In this document: piece after piece, positions 1-12,650 of the stretch
Layout of the letters: the number at the start of each line of letters is the position of its first letter
How positions within the stretch are numbered: position 1 is the stretch's first letter
From: Heterodontus francisci
Taxonomy: Eukaryota
Assembly: GCF_036365525.1 (NCBI RefSeq)
Contig: NC_090404.1
Span: 10,354,001-10,418,000, forward strand
Direction of reading: 5' to 3'
Length of the DNA stretch: 64,000 nt
Program-made: the position numbers and the translations under genes
Notes under the pieces: model-generated
Told to the model about the DNA's origin: nothing
The model's input: only the letters and a program-made list of their open reading frames with translations
Database searches by the model: none

Positions 1-180
1 ATGGCCAATTTACCTATCAACTGCAAGTCTTTGGCTGTGGGAGGAAACCAGAGCACCCGGAGGAAACCCACGCAGACACAGGGAGAACTTGCAAACTCCA
101 CACAGGCAGTACCCAGAATTGAACCCGGGTCGCTGGAGCTGTGAGGCTGCGGTGCTAACCACTGCGCCACTGTGCCACCC
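1..180 (-). mobile_element. HE1-like V-SINE (tRNA head + V domain), truncated by the window start
   Basis: Reverse complement reads GGCACAGTGGCGCAGTGGTTAGCACC...GGTTCAATTC...TGTGTGGAGTTTGCAAGTTCTCCC; near-identical to copies at 4410, 17180, 24360 and 42307. Confidence 0.85.
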
Positions 181-390
181 TAAATTGGGCTAGAGTTTAT
201 TATTCAGAATAAATCTGAAATAATTCAGCTTTGTTTGAAACACAATGTTGCAGATTTTTTTGTTTGCCACCTCAGTGTATAGCAGCACCTGCGCTGGAGT
301 TCAGAAAGGACAATCAGCGGTGTGGGGGGGGGGGGAAGATCATATGGTAGGAACAGATAGTCAACCTGGACACGGTCCAGGAGCACTATG
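181..390 (+). repeat. 3' flank module of a zinc-finger cassette lying upstream of the window
   Basis: Aligns by eye with 11401-11580 and with 25740-25880 + 28859-28920, which follow the other ZNF exons. Confidence 0.7.
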
Positions 391-465
391 GGGGGGTGGG
401 GGGGGGGGGAAGATCATATGGTAGGAACAGATAGTCAACCTGGACACGGTCCAGGAGCACTATGG
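324..465. repeat. 74-bp tandem duplication with G-run boundaries
   Basis: AAGATCATATGGTAGGAACAGATAGTCAACCTGGACACGGTCCAGGAGCACTATGG starts at 336 and again at 410. Confidence 0.9.
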
Positions 466-599
466 CCATCCACATCTTGTCCCATTTGGATAAAATCAAA
501 CACAGTTTTTATTCTCCATCGAGTTACCTGATCTTTTCATTTTGTACAATTTACACTGATCTCCCTGGCACCACAGATATTGAGCCTCCTTCCCTCATT

Positions 600-1595
600 T
601 CTCAATAGTCAATTTAAGATTTATTTCTCCCATTTTATCCAGAACATCGTATGGACTTTCCCAATTGACCTCCCAGCCCTACCCCTTCAAAAAAAAATGT
701 AACATTACTTCATCTCCCATTGAGCAGTTAATGTAACGAGTGGGGTAGTTTTCCCTGGTGGTGTTGAGATGGGCAGCACCATCTCCTCCACTGCGTGTAG
801 CAGGGACAATGCTAAGGTTTGTTGGAGGTTCTGGAGAAACTGGCCGTGAGTCTGACGAGTAAGAATGGGGTGTGGGACCCCGGTGGGGGCACAATCTGCA
901 TTTGCCGACCTGTCATGAGCTGCAATGGGCTGTGACCGGGGGAGTGAACAGGAGCAGTGCGAATGGTCACTAAGGCACCAGGCAAGGCAGTGACCTTCCT
1001 GACAGCTTTGTCCAGTGCTGTTTCTATAGAGTGATTAAAGAGCTCGACCATCCCACTAGACTCTGGGTGGTCAGGATGTGGAAATGTTGTTCCACACTGA
1101 CAAGACGACAGAGCTGTTGTATTACTTCTGCTGTGAAATGAGAACCATTATCACTCTCTGTTCTTTTCAGAAAACCCCATCTGGTAAAGATATGTTCCCT
1201 CAAGATTTTAGCTGTAGTTACTCCAGCATTTTTTACAGGCTGGGTAAGCTTCAAAGCTTCTACCCCTCCTTTTACTGTGGGTAATGGGCCACTTTAATCA
1301 ATCTGCAATGTTTCCTCGGGTAATCGTTCACCATTAAGAACTTTCTTTTGGTGGGTCTGGATTCATCTGGGCACAGATGAGACACAGGTTCAGGTGGTGA
1401 TGGACATCCTGGTGTATCATCAGCCACCAATAATAATTATGTAACATATCGAGGACTCGAGAAATGGAAATTTGTCCCCAATTTAATGTATAAATAAAAT
1501 TAATTCTTTTCTGAGGCAGAGAGGTGTGACCCAAGTCAAATTAGAGCCAACCTTGTGATAAAAAACCTCATCATGTAGGACGAGTGACTCCTTAC
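600..1595 (-). mobile_element. Decayed Gypsy-type integrase (H2C2 zinc-binding, rve core, GPY/F-like motif)
   Basis: Frameshifted ORFs YYWW...CLICAQ (1334-1534) and FTRWG...ESDNGSHFT (1024-1254); WESPYDVLDK near 630-665. Confidence 0.8.
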
Positions 1596-1599
1596 TTTT

Positions 1600-2840
1600 C
1601 CGCCCATTCAACCAAACCATTGATATCATCTGGAGTCTACAGCTATCCTCTTCACTATCAACTACACAACCAAATTTTGTGTCATCAGCAAATTTCCCCA
1701 TCATGCCTCCCACATTTAAGTCCAAATCATTAATATATACCACAAACAGCAAGGAACCCAACACTGAGCCCTGTGGAACACCACTGAAAACAGCTTTCCA
1801 TTCACAAAAGCATCCGTCCGCTACTACCCTTTGCTTCCTCTCACTGAGTCAATTTTGGATCCCACCTGCCACATTTCTCTGTATCCCATGGGCTTTAATT
1901 TTACTGACCAGTCTGCCATGCGGGATCTTGTCAAATGCCTTACTAAAATTTATGTAGACTACATCGACTGCACTACCCTCATCAATCCTTCTTGCTACTT
2001 TCTCAAAGAATTCAATTAAGTTATTAAGACATGACTTTCCCTTTACAAATCCATGCTGACTATCCCTGATCAGTCCGTGCCTTTCTAATGGCAGTTTATC
2101 CTGTCCCTCAGAATTGATTCTAATAATTTACCCACCACCGAGGCTTGACTGACCGGCCTATAATTATTTGGCCTATCCCTCACACCCTTTTTAAACAATG
2201 GTATAACCTTCACATACCCTCCAATCCTCTGGCACCTTGCCCGTATCCAGTGAGGATTTAAAGATGATCCTCAGCGCATCCGCTATTTCCTCCCTGGCTT
2301 CCTTTAACAACCTGGGATGCAAGCCATCTGACCCTGGAGATTTATCTACTTTCAAGGATGTCAGACCCTCTAATACTGCCTCTCTCCTTATGCTTATCGT
2401 ATCTAATATTTCACACGCCTCCTCTTTTATTACAATGTCTGCATCATCCCTCTCCTTTGTGAAGACAGAGGCAAAAATCTCATTCAGAACCCTGCCCACA
2501 TCATCTGCATCCACCTGCAAGTTCCCTTGTACATCTCTGATAGGTCCTACCCTTTCTTTAGTTATCCTCTTGCCCTTAATGTACTGATAAAACATCTTTG
2601 CGTTTTCCTTGATTTTACCTGCCAATATTTTTTCATGTCCTCTCTTTGCTTTTCTAATTTCCTTTTTTACTTCACCCCTGCACTTTCTATACTCCTCAAG
2701 GCTTTCTAAAGCATTAAGAGTTTTGTCATTGTCATAAGCCTTCTTTTTCTGTTTCAGCATACCCTGTAAGCTTCTAGATAACCAGGGGGCTCTAGATTTG
2801 GCCATACCACCCTTTAATTTTGTGTGGACATGCCTACACT
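1600..2840 (-). mobile_element. CR1 LINE ORF2 fragment
   Basis: KFADDTK and LKVDKSPGSDGLHPRLLKE...VPEDWR motifs. Confidence 0.9.
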
Positions 2841-2879
2841 ATGCCTGTAGAATCTCGCTTTTGAATGTTTGCAAGAATG

Positions 2880-3320
2880 GTTTCAGTGATAAGGGACTTC
2901 ATGTGGAGAAGCTGGGGTTGTTGTCCTTGGAGAAGAGAAAGTTGAGAGGAGATTTGTTTATAATCATGAAGAGTCTGGACAGAGTAGAGAGGGAGAAACT
3001 GTTCCTCTTGGTGGAAGGCAGGAGAACTGGAGGACACGGATTTAAGGTGTTTGGCAGAAGAAGCAACGGCAATGTGAGGATAAACTTTTTTACACAGCCA
3101 GTCAGTAGGATCTGAAATGCACTGCGTGAGAGTGTGTTGGGGGCAGATTCAATTGAGGCCTTCAAAAGTGAAGTGGACAATTTCACTAACAGAAAAAAAT
3201 TTCAGGGCTATAGGAAAAAGGCATAGGAGTGGGACTATGTGAGTTGCTCTTAGAGAGAGCCGGCACAGATTCAATGGGCCAAATGGCCGCCTTCGGTGCT
3301 GTCACCATTCTATGATTCAA
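2880..3320 (+). mobile_element. CR1 LINE 3' end
   Basis: LGLLSLEKRKLRGDL...RTGGHGFKV; ends in ATTCTATGATTC tail. Confidence 0.85.
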
Positions 3321-3369
3321 CATGATTTGTCCTGGAAACTTACTGATAATATCCCAAATCATTTGGAGT

Positions 3370-3880
3370 AGACCCCTAATCCCATGTGCTCAAATTTTGC
3401 TTACTAATCTCCTGTGTGGGACCTTATCGAAAGCCTTCTGAAAATCCAAATGCACAACATCCACTGTTCTCACTTATCTCTTCAGCTAGTTACATCCACA
3501 AAAAAACTCTAACACGTTTGTCAAACATGATTTCCCTTTCATAAATCTATGTTGACTGTGCCCAATTCTACCATTATTTTCTAATGTTTTCTCAGTTATC
3601 ACATCCTTTATCATAGATTCTAGTATTTTCCCTACTACTGATGTCAGGCTAACAGGTCTGTAGTTCCCCATTTTCTCTCTCTCTCCTCTTTTAAACAGTG
3701 GAGTTACATTTTGTACCTTCTAATCTGCAGGAGTCATTCCAGAATCTATATATTGAATGGCGGTGCAGGCTCGAAGGGCCGAATGGCCTACTCCTCCTAT
3801 TTTTCGAAGACAGACACAAAGGATTTGTTTAGTTTCTCTATCATTTCCTCATTCCCCATTATAAATTCTTCTGTCTCTGC
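3370..3880 (-). mobile_element. CR1 LINE RT fragment
   Basis: NYRPVSLTSVVGKILE...KGKSCLTN. Confidence 0.8.
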
Positions 3881-4409
3881 CTGATCAGAGAATTCCTCTA
3901 CGCTGATGATGCTGTGCTAGTCACTCACACGGAAACTCAGATACCAAGAATTATGGACTGTCTCTCCCATGCTTATAACTTGTTCTCCTCGACTATAAGG
4001 GTCAAGAAAACTGTGGTCATGGACAAGGTGTTGCATCACTGCCCCTGATCACACTAAATAACATCCCATTGGAAGTGGTTAGAAAATTATGCTAGCTTGG
4101 GTCCATGGTGACAGACAATCAGTCCCTTGATGCAGAGTTTGATACATGCATTGGGAAAGCAGCTACCACCTTTGCGAAATGCACATGGAATAACACCAAG
4201 CTAACCCTTAGGACCAAGCTCATGATTTATAAGGCCTGTGTTCTCAGCATCCTGCTGTATGGCTGTGAAACATGGGCAACTTACAGCTACCGGGAAAAGA
4301 ATCTCAATAATTTCCATCTTCTTGTCTGCAGTGCATTAATGGGTATATCCTGGCAGGACAAAATCACAAACATGACAGTCCTCTCAAAGGTAGAACTCCC
4401 AAGTGTGTT

Positions 4410-4758
4410 GGCACAGTGGCGCAGTGGTTAGCACCGCAGCCTCACAGCTCCAGTGACCCGGGTTCAATTCTGGGTACTGCCTGTGTGGAGTTTGCAAGTT
4501 CTCCCTGTGTTTGCGTGGGTTTCCTCCGGGTGCTCCGTTTTCCTCCCACATGCCAAAGACTTGCAGGTTGATAGGTAAATTGGCCATTAGCAATTGCCCC
4601 TAGTATAGGTACGTGGTAGGGAAATATAGGGACAGGTGGGGGTGTGGTAGGAATATGGAATTAGTGTAGGATTAGTATAAATGGGTGGTTGATGGTCGGC
4701 ACAGACTCGGTAGGCCGAAGGGCCTGTTTCAGTGCTGTATCTCTAAAACTAAAAACTA
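4410..4758 (+). mobile_element. HE1-like V-SINE, full length
   Basis: A box TGGCGCAGTGG, B box GGTTCAATTC, V domain, CR1-like tail GGCCGAAGGGCCTGTTTCAGTGCTGTATCTCTAAA. Confidence 0.9.
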
Positions 4759-5039
4759 ATCAAACATAGTGGATCGAGCATGTCTGCAGGATGAACGACA
4801 GTTGCATATCCAAGGACGTTCTGTCGGGTGAGGTAGCCAGGGCCAGACAACCAGTGGGGTGCCCAAATCTCTGTTTCAAGGATGTTTGCAAGTGTGACAT
4901 TAGGGCCCTAATGTTGACTATCGCACCTGGGAGTCACTAGCTGGCGAAAGAGGGAAATGGCGACACATCCTGTGGACTGGTGTGCACGACCACGATGCTG
5001 CAGCAGCTTGACAACTTCAAAAACAACTCACAGCGTCAA

Positions 5040-5216
5040 TATAAAATAAAAACAGAAAGTGCTGGAATGACTCAGCAGGTCAGACAGAATGTGTGGAGAG
5101 AGAAGCAGAGTTAACGTTTCAGGTCTTCTCTCTCCACAGATGCTGCTTGACCTGCTGAGTATTTGCAGCATTGTCTGTTTTTATTTTAGATTTCCAGCAT
5201 CTGTAGTATTTTGCTT
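5040..5216. mobile_element. Palindromic short element (Penelope pseudo-LTR-like family)
   Basis: ~60-bp imperfect inverted arms around CAGAGTTAACGTTTCAGG; same family as 18661, 43950 and 56484. Confidence 0.6.
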
Positions 5217-5569
5217 CACCTGCAGCACTTGTGGCAGAATCTGCCTCTTAAGGATTAGCCTTCACAGCCACCAGCAAAGATAAACCAAGAGAAGACACCC
5301 CACTTAAATGTACTGTTTGCTGCGAGTCCATCATCTTTCTGTAGATGGAAGGATGTCAACCAACCCTTCATTGAAAACCCCAAAGGCAGGTTCAGAGATT
5401 TCAGACATCTTTGGAAAGAGAGACGAATGGGAACAAGTAAATCAACACTAAAATTAAAATATACCTGCATAATATTTCGACCAAGAAGAACTATAAATAA
5501 GATTCACCACAGTTTGCAAAAGATAAATACTTCTTTTTACAAAACAAAAGCAACATTGTGAAATATCCT

Positions 5570-5940
5570 TCTCGGGAGTGGCGTCCATCTTTCTGTGGGG
5601 CTGCGATGCTTCATTTCTCCTGCTTTAATCGCGTTCGTGCAGATTTGCCCCGAACAAAGATGGGGGCGGGTTTAACGTTTCACCCCGACCGGGGCAGCTG
5701 CGCGTGCGCAAATTGCGAATGTTAGAGGATTTCTTTCCGCATCGAGAAGTTTGAGCGGGAAACGGTTGCTGGCGTTGCCATGGCTGCGGGGGCGGGGCTT
5801 GGTAACGGCGCGCGCCGGCACAGGTGGGCCATCCAGCTCGAGCTGAGCAGCAGCAGGTGAGCGGCCAGGAGCAAGGCCGCGGGGAGAGCCTGGGGCTCGA
5901 GTGGCAGCCGGCAGGCCTGGCTTCTCTACTGGGGAGGACA
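5570..5940. promoter_or_regulatory. CpG-island-like promoter candidate, possibly of the first ZNF cassette
   Basis: High CpG density; NRF1-type TGCGCGTGCGCA at 5699-5710; GC boxes; X-box-like GTTGCCATGGCTGC near 5774. Confidence 0.5.
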
Positions 5941-6176
5941 CCACTCTGACTGGGGCCACCCAAAACACTGGAACTTTAATGTAACAGCCTTTGAGGGGGA
6001 GGCAATGGGTGGGAGAAAACCTGGTTGATAATTACTGAGCTTGGATGGGTTTTGGTGTCTCCAGTGGGTGGGTTTCAGATTTTCCACCAGTCCCTTTGAG
6101 GAAAGGACTGGCTGCAAGTTTTTACTAATTCATTCTTGGGATGTGGGCATCGCTGGTAAAGCTGGTATTTATTACC

Positions 6177-6849
6177 TGTGAGAATAAGAAATACTGAAAT
6201 GTTGTTTCTACAGCTTGTGGAAAGTTACCAAGAAGTCATTTGTGCACAACATAATGAAATCACTGAAAAAGAGAACTGATAAGGGTCTGTAAGTGGAGAC
6301 CTTAAGACAGTACATCACTGACAAAGAGAACTGATAAGGTATGTAAGTACAGACCTTGGGACAGTACATCACTGACAAAGAGAATTGATAAGGGTATGTA
6401 AGTACAGACCTTGGGACAGTACATCACTTAAAAATTGTGCTTAGGCAGATAACAGAGAAACAGCAAGAGTTAGAACAAAGGATGTAGTGAATAAGAAACT
6501 GCCCCACTAAGATAAAGGTTGACAGCTGCAAGTTAAAACACATAATGGAGAGCCAAATAAGGTAAAACAAAAACAAGAGTTAGGGGCTAGAAAGTTAGAG
6601 TAGGGGGAGAAGTAAACAGAGGAGGAGACTGTAGCAACCATAGGATAGGTTAGTGTCATAATACGTTATAACCAATAATGTAAAATAAAGGCGTGGACAA
6701 ATGGATTTGTATTGTATAAACATGAACTGAATATGTTGATCGGTGTGCCTGCTTGTAGGACACCCGATCTTGCAAGAACGTTAAATAAACTTACTTCTTC
6801 AGAGTTTGACTTGGTGTAAATTATTATCAAGTGGGCTACGTTTCTCACA
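6177..6849 (+). mobile_element. Solo LTR
   Basis: TGTGAGAA...TTCTCACA 8-bp inverted termini; 5-bp TSD TTACC (6172-6176, 6850-6854); TATAAA ~6715; AATAAA ~6784; three ~55-bp tandem repeats at 6259-6428. Confidence 0.9.
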
Positions 6850-6974
6850 TTACCCTGTCCCTAGTCACCCCTTGAGAAGGTGCTGGTGGGACCTTGTTAT
6901 CCTACATTATTAGATTTAGTACAAATTATAAAGGTGCTTAATTGGCTGTAAAGTATTTTGGAACGCCCTAGGGT

Positions 6975-7312
6975 CATAGAGTTATACAGCACAGAAACAG
7001 GCCCTTCAGCCCATTGTGTCTGAGCCAGCCATCAAGCACCGAACTATTCTAGTCCCATTTTACTGCACTTGGCCCATAGCCTTGTATGCTGTGGCGTTTC
7101 AAGTGCTAAATACTTCTTAAATGTTGTGAGGGTTCCTGCCTCTACCACCTCTTCAGGCAATGCGTTCCAGATTCCAACCACCCACTGGGTGAATTTTTTT
7201 TTTTGCATATCCCCTTTAATCCTCGTTCCCCTTACCTTAAATCTATGCGCCATACTTATTGACACCTCCGCTAAGGGAAAATGTTTCTTCCTAACTACCC
7301 TATCTATGTCCC
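6975..7312 (-). mobile_element. CR1 LINE 3' end
   Basis: HRFKVRG...FTQWVVGIWNALPEEVVEAGTLTTFKKYL. Confidence 0.85.
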
Positions 7313-7894
7313 ATCGGGAAAGGCGCTGTATAAATGAACGCTCTTAGGCAATCCAGCAGCTTCATGGTCACTTCTACTGACAACCAGCTTTTTTATTTCT
7401 AGATTTTGACTTTCAATTCTCAGACTGCTATGGCAGGATTCGAACTCACAGGCTCTGGATTAATGCAGCATATCTACGACTGAGTGCTGTGTGACAGAGT
7501 GTTTAATTTGAGAATTTGGTAAGTGGAAATTTCAATGGTTGATCTCTTTCTAAAATCTAGTCAAGTTTCCATTTTGCATTTAACTTGATTTTAACATTAA
7601 ATTGTAGTTCCTTTCAGTCTTATTCAATGGTAAAATAGCTGCCTGCTGGTGTCAGCTGCACAGTTAGTTACTTACGTAGCTAGTCAGAACTGGTTCCCTA
7701 GTCAGCACGGCCTGTCTCGGGTCTCTGGAATTCTAGCTAGTATAAATACAGGAGGTTTTGCTAATACTCAAAATAAGCAGCACAAAGATCTGCTCGACTG
7801 AGTCCTGCGAGACAGAGAGCTGAACTCAGGAAAATGCTAAGTGTGGGAATTTGGTATAGTGAGGGAGGAGGTACTTTTCTGATCTTTTACAGAA

Positions 7895-8820
7895 CAAGCA
7901 GTGATCCGAGCAGGCAAAAGACAGAGCTAAGCAATCCCACAACCAATGGATCAGATCTAAGCTCTGCAGTCCTACCACATCCAATCGTGAATAGTGGTGG
8001 ACAATTAACTGCACATCAGTGCAAAAGATAAGGCTGAAGCATTTGCAACAATCTTCAGCCAGGAGTGCCGAATGGATGACCCATCTCGGCCTCCTCGTGA
8101 AGTCCCCAGCATCACAGATGCCAGTCTTCAGCCAATTTGATTCACTCCACGTGATATCAAGAAACGACTGAAGGCACTGAATACTGCAAAAGCTATGGTC
8201 TTGACAACATTCGGGCAATAGTACTGAAGACCTGTGCTCCAGAACTTGCCGCGCCCCTAGCCAAGCTGTTCCAGTACAGCTACAAAATTGGCATCTTCCT
8301 GGCAATGTGGAAAATTGCCTAGGTATGTCCTGTATGCAAAAGGCAGGACAAGCCCAATCCGGCCAATTACCGCCCCAGTCTACTCTTGATCATCAGTAAA
8401 GTGATGGAAGGTGTCGTCGACAGTGCTATCAAGCAGCAATCGTTCAACAATAACATGCTCACTGACAGCTTGAGATCCGCCAGGGCCACTTAGCTCGTGA
8501 CCTTACGACAGTTTTAGTTCAAACATGGACAAAAGAGCTGAACTGGAGGTGAGGTGCGAGTGACTGCCCTTGACATCAAGGCAGCATTTGACCGAATATG
8601 GTATCAAGGAGCCCGAGCAAAACTGGAGTTAATGGGAACCTGGGAAAACTCTCTGCTGGTTGGAATCGTACCACAAGATGGTTGTGGTTGTTGGAGGTCA
8701 ATTATCTCAGCTCCAGGAGATCACTGCAGGAGTTCGACAGGGTAGCGTCCTAGGCCTAATCTTCGTCAGCTGCTTCATCAATAACCTTCTCTCCATCATA
8801 AGGGCAGAAGTGGGTATGAT
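7895..8820 (+). mobile_element. Second LINE family (CR1/Jockey-group RT), decayed fragment
   Basis: TALDIKAAFDRIWYQG; homologous to 26930-27960. Confidence 0.8.
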
Positions 8821-9199
8821 TCAGTGAGAATGACTCCACTGAAGGGAATTAGTGATCCTGATGGGTTTTATGACAATAGTTTCATGGCTATCATTAGACT
8901 AACTTTTTAATTCCAGATTTATTTATTGAATTCAAATTCCTCCTTTTGCTGTGGTGGGATTCAAATCCAGAGCAGTACTGTGGTTACTAGTCCAGTGACA
9001 ATACCACTATGCCACCGCCTCCCTGGTATAGTGCGATGGGTTTGGATTTCAGCACAGGGAGGAGGGAGACTGTGCGGGACGAGGATTTACAGGTTTGGGG
9101 GAACAAGAGAGGAAAAAATGTTCCACAGAAACTAGATTTGTCTGTTCTGAATTTCTATCCTATACTGACAGTGATGACTTTTGTAAACTCCTTTTACAG

Positions 9200-10015
9200 G
9201 CGATTAGAAGGGGAGGATTTGCAGACTCAAACTCAAACCAAAGGTCACGTCAGGATCTGAATATCATCGGCCTTTGAATGTGGAAGGAGAAATGTTTGTC
9301 TGTTCTGTCTGTGGGAAAAGATTTTGAACGTCAGTGTGACTGGAAAAGCACCGTGATGCACACCCCTGAGTGAGAGTGTTCCAATGTAGTGACTGGAAAG
9401 AGTTTTAACTATTTACACAGCCTGTGAAAACATCACACCATTCACAGCGGGGAGAACCGTGTGTGGACGAGGCTTCAGCTGATATCTAACCTGGAGAGAC
9501 ACAAGGTTGCTCGCAACACGGATAAACCGTGGAAAAGTGGGGACTGTGGGAGGGATTCTGTTGCCCATCACTGCTGGAAACTCATTGACGCAGTCACACT
9601 GGAGACAGACCATTCACCTCTTCCATTTGTGGAAAGGGATTTAATCAAGCGTCCAACCTGCTGACACACCAGCAAGTTCACACCGGGGAGAGACTGTTCA
9701 CCTGCTTTGAGTGTGAGAAGGGACTCACTGAACCTTTTGAGATACCAGCGAATTCACACAGGGGAGAAGCCATTCACATGCTCCATTTCTAAGAAGGAAT
9801 TCATTCAGTCATTTCATCTGACACACCAGCGAATTCTCACTCGGGAGAGAACGTTCACCTGCTCTGTGTGTGAGAAGGGATTCAGTAATTCATCCCTCCT
9901 GCTGATTCTTCATCAGCACATTCACACTGGGGACAAGCCGTTCACTTGCTCGATTTGTGGAGAGGAATTTAATCGATCATCCATTCTGCTGAGACGCCAG
10001 CAAGTTCACAAGTGA
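9200..10015 (+). pseudogene. C2H2 zinc-finger exon, cassette A, with multiple frameshifts and stops
   Basis: Acceptor CTCCTTTTACAG at 9188-9199; HTGEKPFTC linkers; ends QQVHK* like cassette B. Confidence 0.85.
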
Positions 10016-10434
10016 CTGCATGGTTTGGATTCTGCTGCTATTATTCACAGCTAGAATTGAATTCTGACCGGAAGCCTTTTTCCAGTTGGGTTTCCACAGG
10101 GTTCAGCACCAGATCACTTACTTTTTTGGTTATATATCAATGATTTAGACTTAAATGTAGGGGCTCTGATTAAGATGTTTGCAGGTGGTAACAGCAGTGG
10201 GTCATATGATTGATAATGAAGAAAACTTGTGCTCCAGAACTTACCGCACCCCTAGCCAAGTTGTTCCAGTACAGCTACAACACTGGCAATGTGGAAAATT
10301 GCCCAGGTATGTCCTGACTCCCCAAAGCCTGTCCACCATCTACAAGGCACAGGTCAGGAGTGTGATGGAATACTCTCCACTTGGCTGGATGGGTGTAGCT
10401 CTAATAACACTCGAGCTCAATACCATCCTTTTTT

Positions 10435-10810
10435 TATTATTTGTTCATGGGTTGTGGGCGTTGCTGGCTAGGCCAGCATTATTGCCCGTCCCTAATTGCC
10501 CTTGAACTGAGTGGCTTGCTAGGCCATTTCAGAGGGCATTTAAGAGCCAACCACATTGCTGTGGGTCTGGAGTCACATGTAGGCCAGACCAGGTACGGGC
10601 AGCAGATTTCCTTACCTAAAAGACATTAGTGAACCAGATAGGTTTTTAATAACAATCGATGATAGTTTCATTAGACTAGCTTTTTAATTGCATATTTATG
10701 AATTGAATTCAAATTTCACCATCTGCCGTGGTGGGATGCAGTCCCCAGACCAATAGCCTGGTCCTCTCTATTACTAGTGCGGTGATATTACCACCACGCC
10801 ACTGCCTCCC
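10435..10810 (-). mobile_element. tRNA-headed SINE sharing its 3' tail with the second LINE family
   Basis: Reverse complement of the 40404-40793 element; nested in second-family LINE fragments 10228-11250. Confidence 0.75.
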
Positions 10811-12359
10811 CACAGGACAAAGCAGGCCGCTTGATTCGCACCCTCACCACTACTTTCAACATTCACTCCCTCCAGCACCGATGCACAGTGGCAGCAAGCA
10901 CTATGTACCATCTACAAGATGCACTGCAGCAACTCACCAAGGCTCCTTCGAGAGCACCTTCGAAACCCACGACCTCTACCATCTAGAAGGACAAGGGCAG
11001 CTGATGCATGGGAACACCACCACCTGCAAGTTCCCCTCCAAGCCACACAGCTCCTGACTTGGAACTATATCACTGTTCTTTCACTGTCGCTGGGTCAAAA
11101 TCCTGGAACACTCTTCGTAACAGCACTGTGGGTGTACCTACACCCCAAGGACTGCAGCGGTTCAAGAAAGCGTCTCACCACCACCTTCTCAAGGGCAATT
11201 AGGGATGGGCAATAAATAGCCAGTGACACCCATATGCCACGAATGAATAAAACCTACAGGGCCAAGGAGCAAGAGCTGGAAAGTTCTTTTTTGGCCAACA
11301 CAGAAATGATGGGCCGAATGGCCTCCTGTGCTGCTAGTTTTCTATGTTCCTGTTCTGACAGTTGGGGTTTGTTTCCCCTGATGTTAATTACCTCTCTACC
11401 TGGGCTGAAGTTTAATATTTTGGATAGATTTGAAATAAATCAGCTTTGTTTTAAACACAGTGTTGTTGATTTTTGTCTTTCCCACCTGAGTGTCTTGCAT
11501 CATCCAGCTGGAGCTCAAAGAACAATTTTGGGGGAGGATCGTACGGCAGGAACAGAACTTCAGCCTGGACACAGTCCTTCAGGGTCACACTGAGAGGAAC
11601 AAATGGCACTTTGGTCTTTCTGGACTCTCTTCACTGACAGCAAAGTCCCGATACTGGTTAATCCTGGGGTGTGGAAGAAATGTGTCCCAGCCGCGCTCAT
11701 TCATGGTTCAGAGCTCCTGGGCACGGAACAGAAGGCTCCTTTACAACTGTGTTTAGAGTCAGGAAGAACAACAGGTGAATGCTGGAAACGTGCTGTCAAA
11801 CCAGAGATTGGTGTAAAACTGTGATCTGTTCCTGATTGAAAGTAAAATGCCAAGTTTCCAGTCTGAAAATGACCGTGGTTCTGATTCTATGAAGATTTAA
11901 CATGTTTGTGCGACCGTCCTGAGTCTACCGTTTTCAGGCAGTCATTAACTCATTTAAAATAAACTCATTTGAAATGACTTGGTCAAAACCTGCATTAAAA
12001 TGGCAGGTGGAGGAGTTCACAGGAGCTTGTTAACTGCTGTACAATTTTCAACAGACATTTGATCTCCAGATAAAGAAGGAACTGCAGGATGTTTTCTGCA
12101 GTCCTGTCTCTGTAATGGCTATCAGATCGAACTTATTTATTTCCATTTGCGCTTTCAGTTCATCTGTTTTGTTTCGAATTCAACGTGCATTCAGATACAG
12201 AGCTTTTAGTTTTGTCCTTTTTATTACTTTCGTAACCTCTAGCCTTTATCTAGTGATTTACTGTTCAATTTGTACTTACTGTCCCTTCCTGTTGCAGTCT
12301 GTTTATCTTTTCCCATATTCATGCCTTTCTCTCTTGCCTTGTCTCTACCCTTTGTGCTG

Positions 12360-12650
12360 GACATGATAGAGGTTTGGACCAGGGTATTGTGGAGGGAACG
12401 GGTCTCACCAGAATGCTGAAAGGGGAGGGGGAATGTGTCTAATGGTGGCATCACGCTGGAGTTGAGGGAAATTATGGAGGATGATGTGTTGAATGTGGAT
12501 GCTGGTAGGGTGGAAGGTGAGGACAAGGGGAACCCTATAGTGCTTCTGGGAGATGGGGAAAGGGTGAGAGCAAACGTGCGAGAAATGGAACAGGATAGAG
12601 GAGGCTGGAGGGAGTGGGTTAATAAACGGTGGGGCAACATGGGCTTCACA
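12360..12650 (-). mobile_element. Penelope-like element ORF fragment
   Basis: RVPLVLTFHPTSIHIQHIILHNF...PPLSAF, typical of the region between PLE RT and GIY-YIG. Confidence 0.7.

Larger units (their letters stand above)
3885..5290 (+). mobile_element. RTE-clade LINE 3' part, interrupted by a SINE and a Penelope-derived insert
   Basis: LYADD-like motif near 3895; IGKAATTF...KLMIYKACVLSILLYGCETW. Confidence 0.8.

Noticed and set aside
5625-5968. Pro/Arg/Ala-rich ORFs
   Set aside because: Expected artefact of GC-rich CpG-island sequence; no recognisable domain
6259-6428. Regular repeats resembling a CRISPR array
   Set aside because: Head-to-tail repeats without unique spacers, inside a eukaryotic LTR
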